This document shows positions 57,900-64,000 of a stretch of DNA of 64,000 bases, piece after piece. The notes below the pieces were generated by a model, which was not told the origin of the DNA, did no database searches, and saw nothing but the letters and a program-made list of their open reading frames with translations. Each line of letters opens with the position of its first letter. The first letter of the stretch is position 1. The DNA comes from Eledone cirrhosa (Eukaryota), in assembly GCA_964016885.1 (NCBI GenBank), contig OZ024744.1, positions 13,640,001 to 13,704,000 of the forward strand. Reading direction: 5' to 3'. The position numbers and the translations under genes were made by a program.

Positions 57900-60260
57900 T
57901 AGAATGTCTCAGTAGATCAGAGAGTCACTCCAGTTAAGCCACTCTCTAAATTGAGAGATCACAACTTCAATACTATGGACATGTGGTTAGAATGTCTCAG
58001 TAGATCAGAGAGTCACTCCAGTTAAAGCTACTCACTAAATTGAGAGATCACAACTCCCATACCATGGACATGGGGTTTGAATGTCTCAGTTGATCAGAGA
58101 TTCACTCCAGTTAAAGCTACTCTATAAATTGAGAGATAACAACTCCAATACTATGGACATGTAGTTAGAATGTCTCAGTAGATTAGAGTGTCAATCCTGT
58201 TAAAGCTACTCTCTAAATTGAGAGATCACAACTCCCATACTATGGACATGTGGGTAGAATGTCTCAGTAGATCAGAGAGTCACTCCAGTTAAAGCGACTA
58301 ATTCTCTAAATTGAGAGATCACAACTCCCCTACTATGGACATGGGGTTTGAATGTCTCAGTAGATCAGAGATTCACTCCAGTTAAAGCTACTCTCTAAAT
58401 TGAGAGATCACAACTCCAATACTATGGACATGGTGTTTGAAAGTCTCAGTAGATCAGAGTGTCACTCCAGTTAAAGCTACTCTCTAAATTGAGAGATTAC
58501 AACTCCAATACTATGGACATGTGGTTAGAATGTCTCAGTAGATTAGAGAGTCACTCCAGTTAAAGCCACTCTCTAAATTGAGAGATCACAACTCCAATAC
58601 TATGGACATGGGGTTAGAATGTCTCAGTAGATCAGAGTATCACTCCAGTTAAAGACACTCTCTAAATTGAGAGATCACAACTTCCATACTATGGACATGT
58701 GGTTAGAATGTCTCAGTAGATCAGAGAGTCACTCCAGTTAAAGCAACTCTCTAAGTTGAGAGATCACAACTCCAATACTATGGTCATGTGGTTAGAATGT
58801 CTCATTAGATCAGAGAGTCACTCCAGTTAAAGCCACTCTCTAAATTGAGAGATCACAACTCCAATAATATGGACATGGGGTTTGAATGTCTCAGTACATC
58901 AGAGTGTCACTCCAGTTAAAGTTACTCTCTAAATTGAGAGATCACAACTCCAATACTATGGACATGGGGTTTGAATGTCTCAGTAGATCAGAGAGTCACT
59001 CCTGTTAAAGCTACTCTCTAAATTGAGAGATCACAACTTCAATACTATGGACATGGGGTTTGAAAGTCTCAGTAGATCAGAGTGTCACTCCAGTTAAAGC
59101 TACTCTCTAAATTGAGAGATTACAACTCCAATACTATGGACATGGGGTTTGAATGTCTCAGTAGATCAGAGAGTCACTCCAGTTAAAGCTACTCTCTAAA
59201 TTGAGAGATCACAACTCCCATACTATGGACATGTGGTTACAATGTCTCAGTAGATCAGAGAGTCACTCCAGTTAAAGCTTCTCTCTAAATTGAGAGATCA
59301 CAACTCCCATACTATGGACATTTGGTTAGAATGTCTCAGTAGATCAGAGAGTCACTCCAGTTAAAGCCACTCTCTAAATTGAGAGATCACAACTCCCATA
59401 CTATGGACATGTGTTTAGAATGTCTCAGTAGATCAGAGAGTCAATCCAGTTAAAGCTACTCTCTAAATTGAGAGATCACAACTCCTATACAATGGACATG
59501 GGGTTAGAACGTCTCAGTAGATCAGAGTGTCACTCCAGTTAAAGCCACTCTCTAAATTGTGAGATCACAACTCCCATACTATGGACATATTGTTAGAATG
59601 TCTCAGTAGATCAGAGAGTCACTCCAGTTAAAGCCACTCTCTAAATTGTGAGATCACAACTCGCATACTATGGACATGTGGTTAGAATGTCTCAGTAGAT
59701 CAGAGAGTCACTCCAGTTAAAGCTACTCTCTAAATTGAGAGATCACAACTCCCATAGTATGGACATGTGGTTAGAATGTCTCAGTAGATCAGAGAGACAC
59801 TCCAGTTAAAGCCACTCTCTAAATTGAGAGATCACAACTCCCATACTATGGACATGTGGTGAGAATGTCTCAGTAGATCAGAGAGTCACTCCAGTTAAAG
59901 CTACTCTCTAAATTGAGAGATCACAACTCCTATACTATGGACATGGGGATAGAATGTCTCAGTAGATCAGAGTGTCACTCCAGTTAAAGCCACTCTCTAA
60001 ATTGAGAGATCACAACTCCAATACTATGGACATGTGGTTAGAATGTCTCAGTAGATTAGAGAGTCACTCCAGTTACAGCCACTCTCTAAATTGAGAGATC
60101 ACAACTCCAATACTATGGACATGTGGTTAGAATGTCTCAGTAGATCAGAGTGTCAATCCAGTTAAAGTTACTCTCTAAATTGAGAGATCACAACTCCAAT
60201 ACTATGGACATGGGGTTTGAATGTCTCAGTAGATCAGAGAGTCACTCCAGTTAAAGCTAC
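57900..60260 (+). repeat. Diverged partial third copy of the 42-mer block
   Basis: AAAGCGACTA is at 55614 and 58291 (offset 2677 = 30x89+7). It shares the CTCCCCTACT, GAGTATCAC, AAAGACACT and GGGATAG variants but lacks CATCAGCATG and GGTTGGAAT. Confidence 0.8.
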
Positions 60261-60479
60261 ACTCTAAATTGAGAGATCACAACTCCAATACTATGGACAG
60301 CTGGTTAGAATGTCTCAGTAGATCATAGAGTCATTCCAGTTAAAGCCACTCTCTAAATTGAGAGATCACAACTCCCATACTATGGACATGTGGTTAGAAT
60401 GTCTCAGTAGATCAGAGAGTCACTCCAGTTAAAGCTACTCTCTAAATTGAGAGATCACAACTCCCATACTATGGAAATG

Positions 60480-63400
60480 TGGTTAGAATGTCTCAGTAGA
60501 TCAGAGAGTCACTCCAGTTAAAGCCACTCTCTAAATTGAGAGATCAGAACTCCCATACTATGGACATGTGGTTAGAATGTCTCAGTAGATCAGAAAGTCA
60601 CTCCAGTTAAAGCTACACTCTAAATTGAGAGATCACAATTCCTATACTATGTACATGTGGTTAGAATGTCTCAGTAGATCAGAGAGTCACTTCAGTTGAA
60701 GCCACTCTCTAAATTGAGAGATCACAACTCCACATAATATGGTCATGGGGTTTGAATGTCTCAGTAGATCAGAGTGTCAATCCAGTTAAAGTTACTCTCT
60801 AAATTGAGAGATCACAACTCCAATACTATGGACATGGGCTTTGAATGTCTCAGTAGATCAGAGAGTCACTCCAGGTAAAGCTACACTCTAAATTGAGAGA
60901 TCACAACTCCAATACTATGGACATGTGGTTAGAATGTCTCAGTAGATCAGAGAGTCACTCCAGTTAAAGCCACTCTCTAAATTGAGAGATCACAACTCCC
61001 ATACTATTGACATGTGGTGAGAATGTCTCAGTAGATCAGAGAGTCACTCCAGTTAAAGCTACTCTCTAAATTGAGAGATCACAACTCCCATACTATGGAA
61101 ATGTGGTTAGAATGTCTCAGTAGATCAGAGAGTCACTCCAGTTAAAGCCACTCTCTAAATTGAGAGATCAGAACTCCCATACTATGGACATGTTATTAGA
61201 ATGTCTCAGTAGATCAGAAAGTCACTCCATTTAAAGCTACACTCTAAATTGAGAGATCACAATGCCTATACTATGGACATGGGGTTAGAATGTCTCAGTA
61301 GATCAGAGTGTCACTCCAGTTAAAGCCACTCTCTAAATTGAGGGATCACAACTCCCATACTATGGACATGTGGTTAGAATGTCTCAGTAGATCAGAGAGT
61401 CACTCCAGTTAAAGCCACTCTCTAAATTGACAGATCACAACTCCAATACTATGGACATGGGGTTTGAATGTCTCAGTAGATCAGAGAGTCACTTCAGTTA
61501 AAGCTACTCTCTAAATTGAGAGATCACAACTTCAATACTATGGACATGGGGTTTGAAAGTCTCAGTAGATCAGAGTGTCACTCTAGTTAAAGCTACTCTC
61601 TAAATTGAGAGATCACAACTCCCATACTATGGACATGTGGTTAGAATGTCTCAGTAGATCAGAGAGTCACTCCAGTTAAAGCCACTCTCTAAATTGAGAG
61701 ATCACAACTCCCATACTATGGACATGTGTTTAGAATGTCTCAGTAGAACAGAGAGTCAATCCAGTTAAAGCTACTCTCTAAATTGAGAGATCACAACTCC
61801 TATACTATGGACATGGGGTTAGAACGTCTCAGTAGATCAGAGTGTCACTCCAGTTAAAGCCACTCTCTAAATTGAGAGATCACAACTCGCATACTATGGA
61901 CATGTGGTTAGAATGTCTCAGTAGATCAGAGAGTCACTCCAGTTAAAGCTACTCTCTAAATTGAGAGATCACAACTCCCATAGTATGGACATGTGGTTAG
62001 AATGTCTCAGTAGATCAGAGAGTCACTCCAGTTAAAGCCACTCTCTAAATTGAGAGATCACAACTCCCATACTATGGACATGTGGTGAGAATGTCTCAGT
62101 AGATCAGAGAGTCACTCCAGTTAAAGCTACTCTCTAAATTGAGAGATCACAACTTCCATACTATGGACATGTGGTTAGAATGTCTCAGTAGATCAGAGAA
62201 TCACTTCAGTTGAAGTCACTCTCTAAATTGAGAGATCACAACTCCAATAGTATGGTCATGGGGTTTGAATGTCTCAGTAGATCAGAGTGACAATCCAGTT
62301 AAAGTTACTCTCTAAATTGAGAGATCACAACTCCAATACAATGGACATGTGGTTAGAATGTCTCAGTAGATCAGAAAGTCACTCCAGATAAAGCTACACT
62401 CTAAATTGAGAGATCACAATTCCTATACTATGGACATGGGGTTAGAATGTCTTAGTAGATCAGAGAGTCACTACAGTTAAAGCCACTCTCTAAATTGAGA
62501 GATCACAACTCCCATACTATGGACATGTGGTTAGAATGTCTCAGTAGATCAGAAAGTCACTCCAGTTAAAGCTACACTCTAAATTGAGAGATCACAACTC
62601 CCATACTATGGACATGTGGTTAGAATGTCTCAGTAGATTAGAGTGTCAATCCAGTTAAAGCTACTCTCTAAATTGAGAGATCACAACTCCCATACTATGG
62701 ACATGTGGGTAGAATGTCTCAGTAGATCAGAGAGTCACTCCAGTTAAAGCCACTAATTCTCTAAATTGAGAGATCACATCTCCCATACTATGGACATGTG
62801 GTTAGAATGTCTCAGTAGATCAGAGAGTCACTCCAGTTAAAGCCACTCTCTAAATTGAGAGATCAGAACTCCCATACTATGGACATGTGGTTAGAATGTC
62901 TCAGTAGATCAGAAAGTCACTCCAGTTAAAGCTACACTCTAAATTGAGAGATCACAATTCCTATACTATGTACATGTGGTTAGAATGTCTCAGTAGATCA
63001 GAGAGTCATTTCAGTTGAAGCCACTCTCTAAATTGAGAGATCACAACTCCACATAGTATGGTCATGGGGTTTGAATGTCTCAGTAGAACAGAGTGTCAAT
63101 CCAGTTAAAGTTACTCTCTAAATTGAGAGATCACAACTCCAATACTATGGACATGGGCTTTGAATGTCTCAGTAGATCAGAGAGTCACTCCAGGTAAAGC
63201 TACACTCTAAATTGAGAGATCACAACTCCAATACTATGGACATGTGGTTAGAATGTCTCAGTAGATCAGAGAGTCACTCCAGTTAAAGCCACTCTATAAA
63301 TTGAGAGATCACAACTCCCATACTATTGACATGTGGTGAGAATGTCTCAGTAGATCAGAGAGTCACTCCAGTTAAAGCTACTCTCTAAATTGAGAGATCA

Positions 63401-64000
63401 CAACTCCCATACTATGGAAATGTGGTTAGAATGTCTCAGTAGATCAGAGAGTCACTCCAGTTAAAGCCACTCTCTAAATTGAGAGATCAGAACTCCCATA
63501 CTATGGACATGTTGTTAGAATGTCTCAGTAGATCAGAAAGTCACTCCATTTAAAGCTACACTCTAAATTGAGAGATCACAATTCCTATACTATGGACATG
63601 GGGTTAGAATGTCTCAGTAGATCAGAGTGTCACTCCAGTTAAAGCCACTCTCTAAATTGAGGGATCACAACTCCCATAGTATGGACATGTGGTTAGAATG
63701 TCTCAGTAGATCAGAGAGTCACTCCAGTTAAAGCCACTCTCTAAATTGAGAGATCACAACTCCCATACTATGGACATGTGGTGAGAATGTCTCAGTAGAT
63801 CAGAGAGTCACTCCAGTTAAAGCTACTCTCTAAATTGAGAGATCACAACTTCCATACTATGGACATGTGGTTAGAATGTCTCAGTAGATCAGAGAATCAC
63901 TTCAGTTGAAGTCACTCTCTAAATTGAGAGATCACAACTCCAATAGTATGGTCATGGGGTTTGAATGTCTCAGTAGATCGGAGTGTCAATCCAGTTAAAG
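60480..64000 (+). repeat. 26-monomer-offset duplication with an internal 7-monomer deletion
   Basis: CACATA (+1 insertion) at 60731/63050 and GACATGGGCT at 60831/63150 give offset 2319 (26x89+5). The later marker TCACTTCAGTTGAAGTC at 62201/63897 gives offset 1696. Confidence 0.85.

Larger units (their letters stand above)
1..64000 (+). repeat. Tandem satellite DNA array, 89-bp monomer, about 715-720 head-to-tail copies, running off both window ends
   Basis: The ATTGAGAGATC monomer start recurs at 89-bp steps (1, 90; 50004, 50093, 50182, 50271, 50360, 50449). Copies differ from consensus by a few substitutions or rare 1-4 bp indels. No non-satellite sequence or reversed copy was seen. Confidence 0.99.

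Noticed and set aside
1-64000. CRISPR array or repeat-spacer system
   Set aside because: The whole 89 bp is repeated. There are no unique spacers, leader or cas genes, and the variable sites are point variants of one sequence.
1-64000. Protein-coding repeat ORF
   Set aside because: The consensus has plus-strand stops at 3 (TGA), 52 (TAG) and 74 (TAA), covering all three frames. Minus-strand stops (TCA 10, CTA 24, TTA 38 as read on plus) also cover all three frames. The unit length is not a multiple of 3.
1-64000. Two GATC sites per monomer as a Dam/SeqA or iteron-type regulatory array
   Set aside because: The density follows trivially from amplifying the monomer. There is no replication gene or other prokaryotic context.
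1-64000. Monomer variants acting as an information-bearing code or diversity cassette library
   Set aside because: The variant order is explained by nested duplications and whole-monomer deletions. No recombinase, reverse transcriptase or expression locus is present.
1-64000. Embedded transposon, inversion or unique island
   Set aside because: None was seen on reading through, and the monomer register is kept throughout. Very small anomalies could have been missed by eye.

Overview
The whole 64,000-bp window is one head-to-tail tandem satellite array in a single orientation. It holds about 715-720 copies of an 89-bp monomer, about 40% GC with no CpG in the consensus (ATTGAGAGATCACAACTCCCATACTATGGACATGTGGTTAGAATGTCTCAGTAGATCAGAGAGTCACTCCAGTTAAAGCTACTCTCTAA). 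I found no genes, RNA genes, transposons, inversions, CRISPR spacers or unique DNA, and each consensus monomer has stop codons in all six frames. It most resembles eukaryotic heterochromatic or (peri)centromeric satellite DNA, but I cannot name the family or organism. The informative structure is one level up. Diagnostic monomer variants show nested higher-order duplications of 14-43 monomers, including a near-perfect 3,749-bp (42-mer) tandem duplication. There are also whole-monomer deletions with hybrid junction monomers, a shuffled ancestral order of monomer types, and variants shared by the two ends of the window but not seen in the middle. All comparisons were made by eye from marker variants. 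I do not see evidence for a new coding or defence system.
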